From positions 1 through 27,943 of the IMG/VR virus record IMGVR_UViG_3300020724_000022: DNA of 27,943 nt. One strand, given 5' to 3'. The position numbers and the translations under genes were made by a program. Each line of letters starts with the position of its first letter. Position 1 is the stretch's first letter. This document shows positions 17,486-24,148 of this stretch, piece by piece. This stretch comes from a virus (taxonomy: Duplodnaviria > Caudoviricetes). The notes beneath the pieces were generated by a model that did not search any database, was not told where the DNA came from, and was given only the letters and a program-made list of their open reading frames with translations.

Positions 17486-17883
17486 TGTTTCCACTACCAA
17501 TACTTACTTATGTCAAGATTGTGGTTGGAATTGTTCTTTTATCTGGGTGCTTTTATGGTTATGTTGAGCATAATCGTTTTGAAGCATATAAAACAGAAAT
17601 CAAAAATATCGCTAAAGAACAAGAAGCAAAAAATGAATCCATTCGGACACAGCAGGAACTCATAAACAAAACCACCAAGGAAACCTATGAAGCTAAGTTA
17701 TCTGCTATTAAGTCTTATTATGGTGGGTTGCACAACTCCAGTAGCGGTCAAATGCCCTCCATTTCCAATCCCTCCACAGGAGCTAATGTCAGCCCCTCCG
17801 ACCAGCTACTTGCTTGCGCCTATACAACGCAACAATTAGTTAGCCTTCAAGATTGGATTAAGGAACAAGTCGCATTAAGATGA
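17485..17883 (+). CDS. Rz: Inner-membrane spanin (i-spanin)
   Basis: 132 aa; N-terminal TM, coiled-coil, linker and C-terminal helix; contains an embedded lipoprotein gene in the +1 frame. Confidence 0.8.
   Translation: MFPLPILTYVKIVVGIVLLSGCFYGYVEHNRFEAYKTEIKNIAKEQEAKNESIRTQQELINKTTKETYEAKLSAIKSYYGGLHNSSSGQMPSISNPSTGANVSPSDQLLACAYTTQQLVSLQDWIKEQVALR
17687..17839 (+). CDS. Rz1: Outer-membrane lipoprotein spanin (o-spanin), fully embedded in Rz
   Basis: Not in ORF track. 50 aa MKLSYLLLSLIMVGCTTPVAVKCPPFPIPPQELMSAPPTSYLLAPIQRNN; signal peptide, lipobox MVGC, Pro-rich mature part, AAGGA RBS, +1 frame as in lambda Rz/Rz1. Confidence 0.88.
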   Translation: MKLSYLLLSLIMVGCTTPVAVKCPPFPIPPQELMSAPPTSYLLAPIQRNN

Positions 17884-18476
17884 ATATTGAACAATTACAA
17901 GCATTAGGAATTGATCCTAAATGGCTTAAACCTTTAAACGATACTTTTGCCAAATATGGCATAGATACCCCAAAACGCCAGGCAGCCTTTATTGGTCAAT
18001 GCCAGCATGAATCAGGCAACTTCAAAACTTTAGAAGAAAACCTTCATTATTCTGCTGGTGCTTTGATGCGAGTCTGGCCTTCTCGTTTTTCTGATGCTGC
18101 AACTGCCGAAAAGTACGCAAACAATCCACAGGCTATTGCAAACAAGGTTTATGGCGGTAGAGCCGATCTTGGCAATACTGAAGATGGTGATGGCTGGAAA
18201 TTTCATGGTAGAGGCGTTATACAGCTCACAGGGCGTTCAAATTACACAGTATGTGGACAAGCCCTAAGTCAGCCATTTATAACGCAACCAGAGCTTCTAT
18301 TAGAGCCACAATGGGCTTGTATGTCTGCTGGATGGTACTGGAATCGCAAGCAAATTAATTTGTTGGCAGACGATGAAAATTGGGAAACAATGACTAAAAG
18401 AATAAATGGCGGTCTTTTAGGATTACAAGATAGAATTGATAAAATACATAAAGCTATGGATATTCTAGCGATGTAG
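17880..18476 (+). CDS. Endolysin, glycoside hydrolase family 19 (chitinase-like)
   Basis: 198 aa; AAFIGQCQHESGNF...EENLHYS...GDGWKFHGRGVIQLTGRSNY...TKRINGG. Confidence 0.92.
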   Translation: MNIEQLQALGIDPKWLKPLNDTFAKYGIDTPKRQAAFIGQCQHESGNFKTLEENLHYSAGALMRVWPSRFSDAATAEKYANNPQAIANKVYGGRADLGNTEDGDGWKFHGRGVIQLTGRSNYTVCGQALSQPFITQPELLLEPQWACMSAGWYWNRKQINLLADDENWETMTKRINGGLLGLQDRIDKIHKAMDILAM

Positions 18477-18656
18477 TCGCTTTTTATGTTTTAAATTAAG
18501 GGCAAGCTCTATTGTGTATTTAAGAGCTTCCCATTCACCTCTTTGCATCACTACTGGAATTAACTCTTGTTGAGCATCAATCTCAGCAAATTTTTTAGTT
18601 AAATATTCAGCCATTGCTTCTTGCTCATGTTTACTTCTTTTAGGCTTTTTTGTCAT
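18465..18656 (-). CDS. Hypothetical protein
   Basis: 63 aa, ATGA-coupled to upstream gene; last gene of leftward operon. Confidence 0.65.
   Translation of the reverse strand: MTKKPKRSKHEQEAMAEYLTKKFAEIDAQQELIPVVMQRGEWEALKYTIELALNLKHKKRLHR
18467..18492 (+). terminator. Probable terminator of the late operon, inside the convergent gene overlap
   Basis: AGCGAT-GTA-GTCGCT hairpin followed by TTTTATGTTTT; spans the endolysin stop codon. Confidence 0.5.
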
Positions 18657-18841
18657 ATAAGCTGAATTAAAGGCTTTTTGTTCTCAACATGGTCTAAAGC
18701 TGCTTGCCAGGCTTGAGTCCACAGATTAAGAGCTGTAGATCCTTCATAAAAGAAATCAGGATAAACAGCAAAAAAGGTTTCTTCACAATCATCTGATGGA
18801 ACTTTCACGTTTCCAGCAAAAGGAATGGATTCATTAACCAT
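18653..18841 (-). CDS. Hypothetical protein
   Basis: Start reassigned to ATG at 18841 (MVNESIPF..., 62 aa) because AAGGAG precedes it; WTQAWQAA motif is common in small phage early proteins. Confidence 0.65.
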   Translation of the reverse strand: MVNESIPFAGNVKVPSDDCEETFFAVYPDFFYEGSTALNLWTQAWQAALDHVENKKPLIQLI

Positions 18842-19310
18842 GATTTGCAAACTCCTTATGATATTTATGACGCATAGCATCAGCTACAAATTTTGCATAA
18901 TCAATATTGTAATAAAGACCAAAATATTTGTTTATTCCTTGAATTTGTAATTGAACTTGCCATTTGTTTTTTGCTTTATTCCAAGTTACACCCTTGATAT
19001 TTGATTTATTATCAACCCTTAATTTTGAATTGCATTGATTTTCAGATAAATTACATTTTCTTAAATTATCAATAGAATTATTAGAAGGATTGCCATCAAT
19101 GTGGTCAATAAATTTAGGCATATAACCATAATTCAAAGCAAAAATAATTCTATGTGCTAAATAAAATTTTCCATCAAATCTTATTTGAATATATCCTTTT
19201 TTATCTATATATCCAGCTTTTGTGCCTATAAGTATTTTTTTTGAAGGTTTTATTTTCCAATAAAGATTGTTTTCTTTATATTCAAAAACTTTTTTTAATT
19301 TTTCAATCAT
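18834..19310 (-). CDS. HNH homing endonuclease with AP2-like C-terminal domain
   Basis: Start reassigned to 19310 (MIEKLKKVFEY..., 158 aa); AHRIIF...IDHIDGNPSNNSIDNLR...SNIKGVTWNK...KWQVQ...YFGLY. Confidence 0.9.
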   Translation of the reverse strand: MIEKLKKVFEYKENNLYWKIKPSKKILIGTKAGYIDKKGYIQIRFDGKFYLAHRIIFALNYGYMPKFIDHIDGNPSNNSIDNLRKCNLSENQCNSKLRVDNKSNIKGVTWNKAKNKWQVQLQIQGINKYFGLYYNIDYAKFVADAMRHKYHKEFANHG

Positions 19311-19396
19311 TGGTCTTGTCCGATTAAATACAAAATAATGATGCCAAAGCCAAATATTACGGCTAGGCCAAACATGAGGCATTGGTCATCTGTCAT
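19307..19396 (-). CDS. Small single-TM membrane peptide
   Basis: Not in ORF track. 29 aa MTDDQCLMFGLAVIFGFGIIILYLIGQDQ; TAATG overlap upstream and ATGA overlap downstream. Confidence 0.7.
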   Translation of the reverse strand: MTDDQCLMFGLAVIFGFGIIILYLIGQDQ

Positions 19397-19683
19397 TACA
19401 TTTTTTTCTTTTTAATGCCTTCAGCTCTACGAAGATCATGAGAATGTAGTTTTTTTCCTACAGACTTAGGAACTTCACCAGCTTTTTCAGCTACTTTTGC
19501 TGCTGCTTTGCGAGTAACAATCCTGCCATTAGAAAGCTCAAATTCATGTTTTGCGCCTTTGGCAGCTTTACCAGCCATCTTTTTAAGCTCATCATGGCTG
19601 TAAGCTTTTGACTTAGCCACAATAACTTTTCCAGACTTTTCTTTAATGGCTGGTTCTTTTACTGTTAGTTTTTTAGTTGCCAT
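19396..19683 (-). CDS. Highly basic hypothetical protein
   Basis: 95 aa, very Lys/Ala-rich; coupled overlaps on both sides. Confidence 0.7.
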   Translation of the reverse strand: MATKKLTVKEPAIKEKSGKVIVAKSKAYSHDELKKMAGKAAKGAKHEFELSNGRIVTRKAAAKVAEKAGEVPKSVGKKLHSHDLRRAEGIKKKKM

Positions 19684-19886
19684 TATTTAATCCTAAAAAT
19701 TTTATTAAGTTTAAGAGTACCTTCATACTCAATTTTGCCTTGAGCATCTAAAGAACGCAATGGAAGCTCTTGAAAGTATTTCCATTTGTCTTTGTATGAC
19801 TGAATCTCAGATGGAGGAACCCATCCAGCTTTTCTCCAGCGCAAAGTAATGTCAGTACCACTTGCAGTCCAAATATGTTCGTTCAT
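19683..19886 (-). CDS. Hypothetical protein
   Basis: 67 aa; TDITLRWRKAGWVPPSE motif; coupled overlaps. Confidence 0.65.
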   Translation of the reverse strand: MNEHIWTASGTDITLRWRKAGWVPPSEIQSYKDKWKYFQELPLRSLDAQGKIEYEGTLKLNKIFRIK

Positions 19887-20065
19887 ACAAACTCCAATTC
19901 TTGCTTTAAATGTTTGACTTGTTTTTTAAGCCGTTCAATTTTTGATTGGAGAGCCTCATTTTCAGACTTTAGGATTTCTACTTTTTTCCATCCATCTTGC
20001 ATATATTGAAGCTCTCCCTCAAGGGTTTTAATACGATCTTTTAAAACATCCTCATTAGTAAGCAT
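19883..20065 (-). CDS. Small coiled-coil protein
   Basis: 60 aa with heptad Leu pattern. Confidence 0.6.
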   Translation of the reverse strand: MLTNEDVLKDRIKTLEGELQYMQDGWKKVEILKSENEALQSKIERLKKQVKHLKQELEFV

Positions 20066-20068
20066 GAT

Positions 20069-20335
20069 TTAAAACGGAATATCTGATTCAATATCATTTA
20101 AATCAGGCGCTGTGGCTTGAGTTGCTGTTTGTGTTGGCTTGTCTTCAGGAACATTTAAGTAGCACCAAAATGCGCCTTCTTTCATGCCCAACAAAGGTAA
20201 CATTTCAATCTTTGCCATAAGGTCGTTTTTCTTTGTCCTTGTAACAATTCCTATTGTTGCGTAACGCTTTTTTGTTGCTCCATCTTTATCTACATACTCT
20301 GAAACTGCTGCTTTGAGGTAATATTCTATGCCCAT
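20069..20335 (-). CDS. Putative single-stranded DNA-binding protein
   Basis: 88 aa; beta-type core and SSB-like acidic tail DLNDIESDIPF; located in recombination module. Confidence 0.6.
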   Translation of the reverse strand: MGIEYYLKAAVSEYVDKDGATKKRYATIGIVTRTKKNDLMAKIEMLPLLGMKEGAFWCYLNVPEDKPTQTATQATAPDLNDIESDIPF

Positions 20336-20338
20336 AAT

Positions 20339-20761
20339 TTACATCCCTTTCTTATTTTCAAAAGACTTCTTAATACAACACGCTTCAAAAAAATCACTTA
20401 CTGTTACATCTAAAACTAATTTTTTATGCCTTTTAATTCGTACTCTATAAGCTCCGTAATTTCTAATTTCTATACCCTTAACTCCAAGTTTGTTGCTTTT
20501 AAACAATCTTCTATTAATTGCTTGGTCATGCCTATTAGCCCAACGACAATTATCTTTTGAATATCCCAAATCATTGTTTATTCTTTCCACAGTCATTCCA
20601 GCATTAGGAATACCCATGTCTTTTATAAATTGATTAAAAGATGACCGCCATTCTTTGCTAACTTGAATGCCTCTAGTTCCATAGTTATAAAATTGCTTAT
20701 TGTTTGGGTTTTCGCATCTTTGTATCATTGCTGCCCAAACCCAATAAAGTTGTTTTTTCAT
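20339..20761 (-). CDS. HNH-type homing endonuclease (AP2-like tail)
   Basis: 140 aa; [10 protein letters not shown]....[11 protein letters not shown]...F..DMG...[19 protein letters not shown]. Confidence 0.85.
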   Translation of the reverse strand: MKKQLYWVWAAMIQRCENPNNKQFYNYGTRGIQVSKEWRSSFNQFIKDMGIPNAGMTVERINNDLGYSKDNCRWANRHDQAINRRLFKSNKLGVKGIEIRNYGAYRVRIKRHKKLVLDVTVSDFFEACCIKKSFENKKGM

Positions 20762-21396
20762 CTGTTTCTCATAAGATTGACTTCTGTTTCAACTTCTAAA
20801 AGAAAGTTTTTAATTTCCGATTCCATTTCAGAAATAAATTCTTCATCCCTAAAAACACGTTTTATATATAGTTGGCTACGTTCTGGCATGCGAGGGTCAA
20901 AAGAAACATAGTCATTCCATTCTCTGCCTGTGCAAGCTAATTGCGCTTGCATTTGAATCCAATATTTTTTAGGTATTTCATCCAATTTGATAGTTTCCCA
21001 ATGACTAGCAGAATGCCTACACTTAATTTCCAAAAGACCCCTATCAGACACAAGCCCATCAGGGCTACAACCAAACCAATCAATACTAGGATGGTCAACG
21101 AAAGCGAGTTGATCGACAAAATTATTGGTTCTAACCTCATAAGCTACCCTTGCTTGTGGTTCAGTTTGAGTACCCCATTCCATTGCTGCATTGGAGTAAG
21201 ATTCTTGGATGATGCCTGTAGTGCGCTGTAAAGCTAATTCAATAAGGTAATTCTGCCTTGAAGCGGATGGCCCTGTCTTAGTCTTAGCCAATATGTCGGC
21301 TACTCTAGAAGCCGTTACTTTGCCTAATCTAAGCTGATGCCACTCTGGAGTACCTTGTTGAACAGCTACTCTATCTTCTGTAGTAAAAGTGGTCAT
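20758..21396 (-). CDS. YqaJ / lambda-exonuclease family 5'-3' exonuclease
   Basis: 212 aa; [22 protein letters not shown]...[27 protein letters not shown]. Confidence 0.93.
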   Translation of the reverse strand: MTTFTTEDRVAVQQGTPEWHQLRLGKVTASRVADILAKTKTGPSASRQNYLIELALQRTTGIIQESYSNAAMEWGTQTEPQARVAYEVRTNNFVDQLAFVDHPSIDWFGCSPDGLVSDRGLLEIKCRHSASHWETIKLDEIPKKYWIQMQAQLACTGREWNDYVSFDPRMPERSQLYIKRVFRDEEFISEMESEIKNFLLEVETEVNLMRNR

Positions 21397-21713
21397 TTCT
21401 CTTGTGCCTTAAATTTATTATTACGCTGATTCTCTGACTTTGTAACTGCCCTAAGATTTTCAATGTTGTTATCAAACCTATTGCGGTTTATATGGTCAAT
21501 CACCAATGGTTCAGGCGGTAAATGCCCATGATGGTACATATACACAAGCCTATGTTTTAAATAGTATTTGCCGTTAATGCGGATTTGGGCATACCTACGA
21601 TTACCAAAATGCCCAGCAACATCACCAGCCTTTACATTACGACTTGGGCTTTCTTTCCAATGTAACTTGCCATCTTTGTAATCAAATAACTGTTTTAAAA
21701 ATTCTTGGTTCAT
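21393..21713 (-). CDS. HNH endonuclease (minimal)
   Basis: 106 aa; LFDYKDGKLHWK...HRLVY...IDHINRNRFDNNIENLRAVTKSEN. Confidence 0.88.
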   Translation of the reverse strand: MNQEFLKQLFDYKDGKLHWKESPSRNVKAGDVAGHFGNRRYAQIRINGKYYLKHRLVYMYHHGHLPPEPLVIDHINRNRFDNNIENLRAVTKSENQRNNKFKAQEK

Positions 21714-22066
21714 TCGGATGCCTTTCTTAGTATTGCTCTAGCAAACGCAATCATATTAGGGATACTGCAATCTTCACCAACCCAACATTCGTCTAAAGCC
21801 ATAACACCCCTGATTTCAAAGTCTGTTAGTGTCTTTGCTGGTGGTTTTTGCCATAACACTTCAACAATCCTATGTTCGTCATCTGTATAAGTAACAGCTA
21901 ATAGTTCACCTGTTTCTTTACTTTTTTGAAGTGATAGGTGTAGTTCTTTTGCTGGATGAGTGTAAAGTGGTGTTGGACTGTCATCAATAGATAAAGCACA
22001 ATCCAAATCAAAAAATACGCTTGTGTTATCGCCTCTTGCAATCCACGCTACTGGTTCATTGTTCAT
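21710..22066 (-). CDS. Modular hypothetical protein (EPVAW...PLYTHP family)
   Basis: 118 aa; NEPVAW, PLYTHPAK, KTLTD.EI, FARAILRKA motifs typical of variable early-region phage proteins. Confidence 0.7.
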   Translation of the reverse strand: MNNEPVAWIARGDNTSVFFDLDCALSIDDSPTPLYTHPAKELHLSLQKSKETGELLAVTYTDDEHRIVEVLWQKPPAKTLTDFEIRGVMALDECWVGEDCSIPNMIAFARAILRKASE

Positions 22067-22614
22067 GATTGCAATGCCATTAAAGTGCCTTTTTGCAAAT
22101 CTTTAGCATCAGCAATTATTTGAACGGCATTTTTGTCTTTAGCTACAGCAGAATAAGCTGTTCCATAAACTCTTTTTAAATCGTCAATGGTTTTGCATAC
22201 ATTGATTTCTGTTGCCCATTCTTTTGCTAATACAGTTAAATCAGGTATATCTTCATCAGGAAGATCTTCACCAGAATAGATATACAAAGCCAAACCATGA
22301 AGGGCTATAGCTTTAACCAGGCATCGTTGCATTGCTGTATTTACTGCCATTGCATCAGGATTAGCAATAGCTTTGTTTTGATTATTAATGACAGGCATTT
22401 GAGCTGTCATAGTTTTGCCAAAAGCCGTTACTGAGCAAAAAACCATCAAAGTTTCAGCAAAGTAAACTGGATCTCCATAAGTCCATGTAGCTTGAGGATC
22501 TTGCTGAAGAAGCTGGTCAACAGCCCAAGACCAACTTAAATAAGTAAACTTACCTTTCTTTTCAGTATGTTCGTTTACATTGATTTTGCGTAGTTCTAAA
22601 AATTTAGTCATCAC
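22063..22614 (-). CDS. Sak/DUF1071-family single-strand annealing protein
   Basis: 183 aa; INVNEHTEKKG.FTYLSWSWA...VNTAMQRCLVKAIALHGLALYIYSGEDLP. Confidence 0.88.
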   Translation of the reverse strand: MMTKFLELRKINVNEHTEKKGKFTYLSWSWAVDQLLQQDPQATWTYGDPVYFAETLMVFCSVTAFGKTMTAQMPVINNQNKAIANPDAMAVNTAMQRCLVKAIALHGLALYIYSGEDLPDEDIPDLTVLAKEWATEINVCKTIDDLKRVYGTAYSAVAKDKNAVQIIADAKDLQKGTLMALQS

Positions 22615-22620
22615 TTTTCC

Positions 22621-22914
22621 TTAATCGTTAATTTCAAATTCAGCTACTTCTTTGGCATGGCCTTCCATGTATTCACAAGCCATTGAGATTAGTTTTCTAC
22701 CTAATTGTTCGTAATCACCTGAATCAATAACATCTTGCAAAGCTTGAGAATCATCAACTCCCATTTCACTTAAAGCTTCAGAAATAGCTTCTGAAGTTCT
22801 ATAGTCAAATTTGCCACCAACTTTTAAGAGTTGCCAGGTACGTTCTTCAATTTCATCAGAACGATCATCGTAATCATCAGGTTCGTAGTAAGCATCAGCT
22901 CTATTCATTCCCAT
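22621..22914 (-). CDS. Acidic hypothetical protein
   Basis: 97 aa strongly Asp/Glu-rich; AGGAGG RBS. Confidence 0.7.
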   Translation of the reverse strand: MGMNRADAYYEPDDYDDRSDEIEERTWQLLKVGGKFDYRTSEAISEALSEMGVDDSQALQDVIDSGDYEQLGRKLISMACEYMEGHAKEVAEFEIND

Positions 22915-22916
22915 AA

Positions 22917-23003
22917 TTAAAACCCTCCTAAAAGAGCATAAGCAAACATCGCACCTAGAACAATCCCTAAAACTATTACTCCTATTGCATCTTTCATTTT
23001 CAT
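22917..23003 (-). CDS. Small single-TM membrane peptide, first gene of early-left operon
   Basis: Not in ORF track. 28 aa MKMKDAIGVIVLGIVLGAMFAYALLGGF; AAGGGA RBS; its 3' end encodes the RBS of the next gene. Confidence 0.65.
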   Translation of the reverse strand: MKMKDAIGVIVLGIVLGAMFAYALLGGF

Positions 23004-23148
23004 TCCCTTCATCACTTGTTTAAGAGCTTTCAGTATAGACCAAAATTAAGGTTTGCAATAGGTTTTTTCAATTATTTTTATAGGGGGATTCCCTAATAGG
23101 TGTATTTTTCTATATTTTTGCTATATGATAGCGGAAAAGGAGTAATAC
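23004..23148. promoter_or_regulatory. Divergent early control region (pL/pR-like)
   Basis: AT-rich gap between divergent operons. Leftward TATACT -10 (23032-23037) with TTGCAA upstream at a short 15 bp spacing; rightward TATGAT -10 near 23124-23129; inverted repeat TAGGG-N5-CCCTA at 23081-23095. Confidence 0.65.
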
Positions 23149-23346
23149 ATGAACCCATCTGATTTATTGAAAATTGAATTTGGAAGCCTGATAAACCTGG
23201 CTGAAAAGCTAGGAATTAAGCCCCAGACAATCTATTTATGGAACTCTACTAAGGTTCCATTCAAATATTTACGACAAATTGAGGAGCTTTCAGAGCTGCG
23301 TTTAACAAGAGAAATGTTAAGACCTGATCTTTTTAAGAAGGGCTGA
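23149..23346 (+). CDS. Cro-like (YdaS family) HTH transcriptional regulator
   Basis: 65 aa; FGSLINLAEKLGIKPQTIYLW HTH and C-terminal LRPDLF signature; AAGGAG RBS; first rightward gene. Confidence 0.85.
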   Translation: MNPSDLLKIEFGSLINLAEKLGIKPQTIYLWNSTKVPFKYLRQIEELSELRLTREMLRPDLFKKG

Positions 23347-23347
23347 A

Positions 23348-24148
23348 ATGCACTATTACCAACACAATATTGGGGATTATCGGAAAGATACTTCTCATCT
23401 ATCGTTGCTTGAGCATGGAATTTATAGGCAACTTTTAGATAGTTATTATTTGGATGAAATTCCTTTAAGCAATGACCTTGCGAAGCTTATGCGTTCGCAT
23501 AGCGTTCGGACTGCGGAAGAACAGCAATCGCTTCAAAACGTATTAACAGACTTCTTTGAATTGACTGAATTTGGGTATATTCATAAAAGATGCGAGGATG
23601 GAATAGCTAAATTTCATGGTAAATCAGCTAGTGCTAGAGCATCCGCAATGGCTCGCTGGAGCAGTAAACATAAGGAAGTTGATGCGAACGCAATACCAAC
23701 GCAATCCGAAGGCAATGCTAACCATAAACCAATAACCAATAACCATAAACCAATAAAAAACATACAGCCTATCGGCTTTGATTTATTTTGGGATGCTTAT
23801 GATAAAAAAGTAGGCAAACCAAATTCACTAAAGGCATGGTCAAAAATAGCCTTCAAAGACGATTTATTACAAAAAATTGTTGAAAAGGCTAAAGCAGACA
23901 AAAAAGCCAAGCCTGATAACAAATTCCGTAAAGACCCTGAACGCTGGCTAAAGGGTCAGCATTGGATGGATGAGGTGGTAATTGAGCAAGCTTTTGAAGA
24001 AAAGCTAATGCCTTTAGGTACTGATTCTCAGATTGAAGCTGCTTATAGGATTGAATGTGGAGGTGATCCGAGTAGGGCCAGATTCAACAGCTACCAAGAA
24101 ATGAGGAAGTTTGTTCAAGAATTTAGGGATAAAAGGAAGGTGGTATGA
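23348..24148 (+). CDS. Replication initiator, DUF1376/YdaU family
   Basis: 266 aa; MHYYQHNIGDY..DT.HLS.LEHG.Y..LLD.YY N-terminus, FDLFWDAY.KKVGK...PERWLK...W.DE C-terminal domain; internal iterons. Confidence 0.85.
   Translation: MHYYQHNIGDYRKDTSHLSLLEHGIYRQLLDSYYLDEIPLSNDLAKLMRSHSVRTAEEQQSLQNVLTDFFELTEFGYIHKRCEDGIAKFHGKSASARASAMARWSSKHKEVDANAIPTQSEGNANHKPITNNHKPIKNIQPIGFDLFWDAYDKKVGKPNSLKAWSKIAFKDDLLQKIVEKAKADKKAKPDNKFRKDPERWLKGQHWMDEVVIEQAFEEKLMPLGTDSQIEAAYRIECGGDPSRARFNSYQEMRKFVQEFRDKRKVV
23682..23756 (+). repeat. Iteron-like repeats, putative replication origin
   Basis: 11 bp period ATGCGAACGCA / ATACCAACGCA / ATCCGAAGGCA (23682-23714) then five heptamers AACCATA/AACCAAT (23720-23754). 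Confidence 0.7.

Noticed and set aside
5381-18476. Genome-wide TAG stop-codon reassignment
   Set aside because: Genes are full length under the standard code, TAG-ending genes end at natural C-termini, and no suppressor tRNA is visible.
18842-19382. ORF-track starts at 18880 and 19382
   Set aside because: Better starts at 18841 (RBS) and 19310 (ATGA coupling); the 19382 extension overlaps the 29 aa membrane peptide gene.
20663-21890. Plus-strand ORFs 20663-20911, 20941-21231, 21705-21890 and minus alt-frame 20937-21140
   Set aside because: Overlap well-supported minus-strand genes; no motifs or RBS.
15384-23756. CRISPR array or mini-array from the 24 bp repeat pair or the origin repeats
   Set aside because: Both lie in frame inside coding genes, the 24 bp repeat has only two non-palindromic copies encoding a peptide motif, and no cas genes are present.
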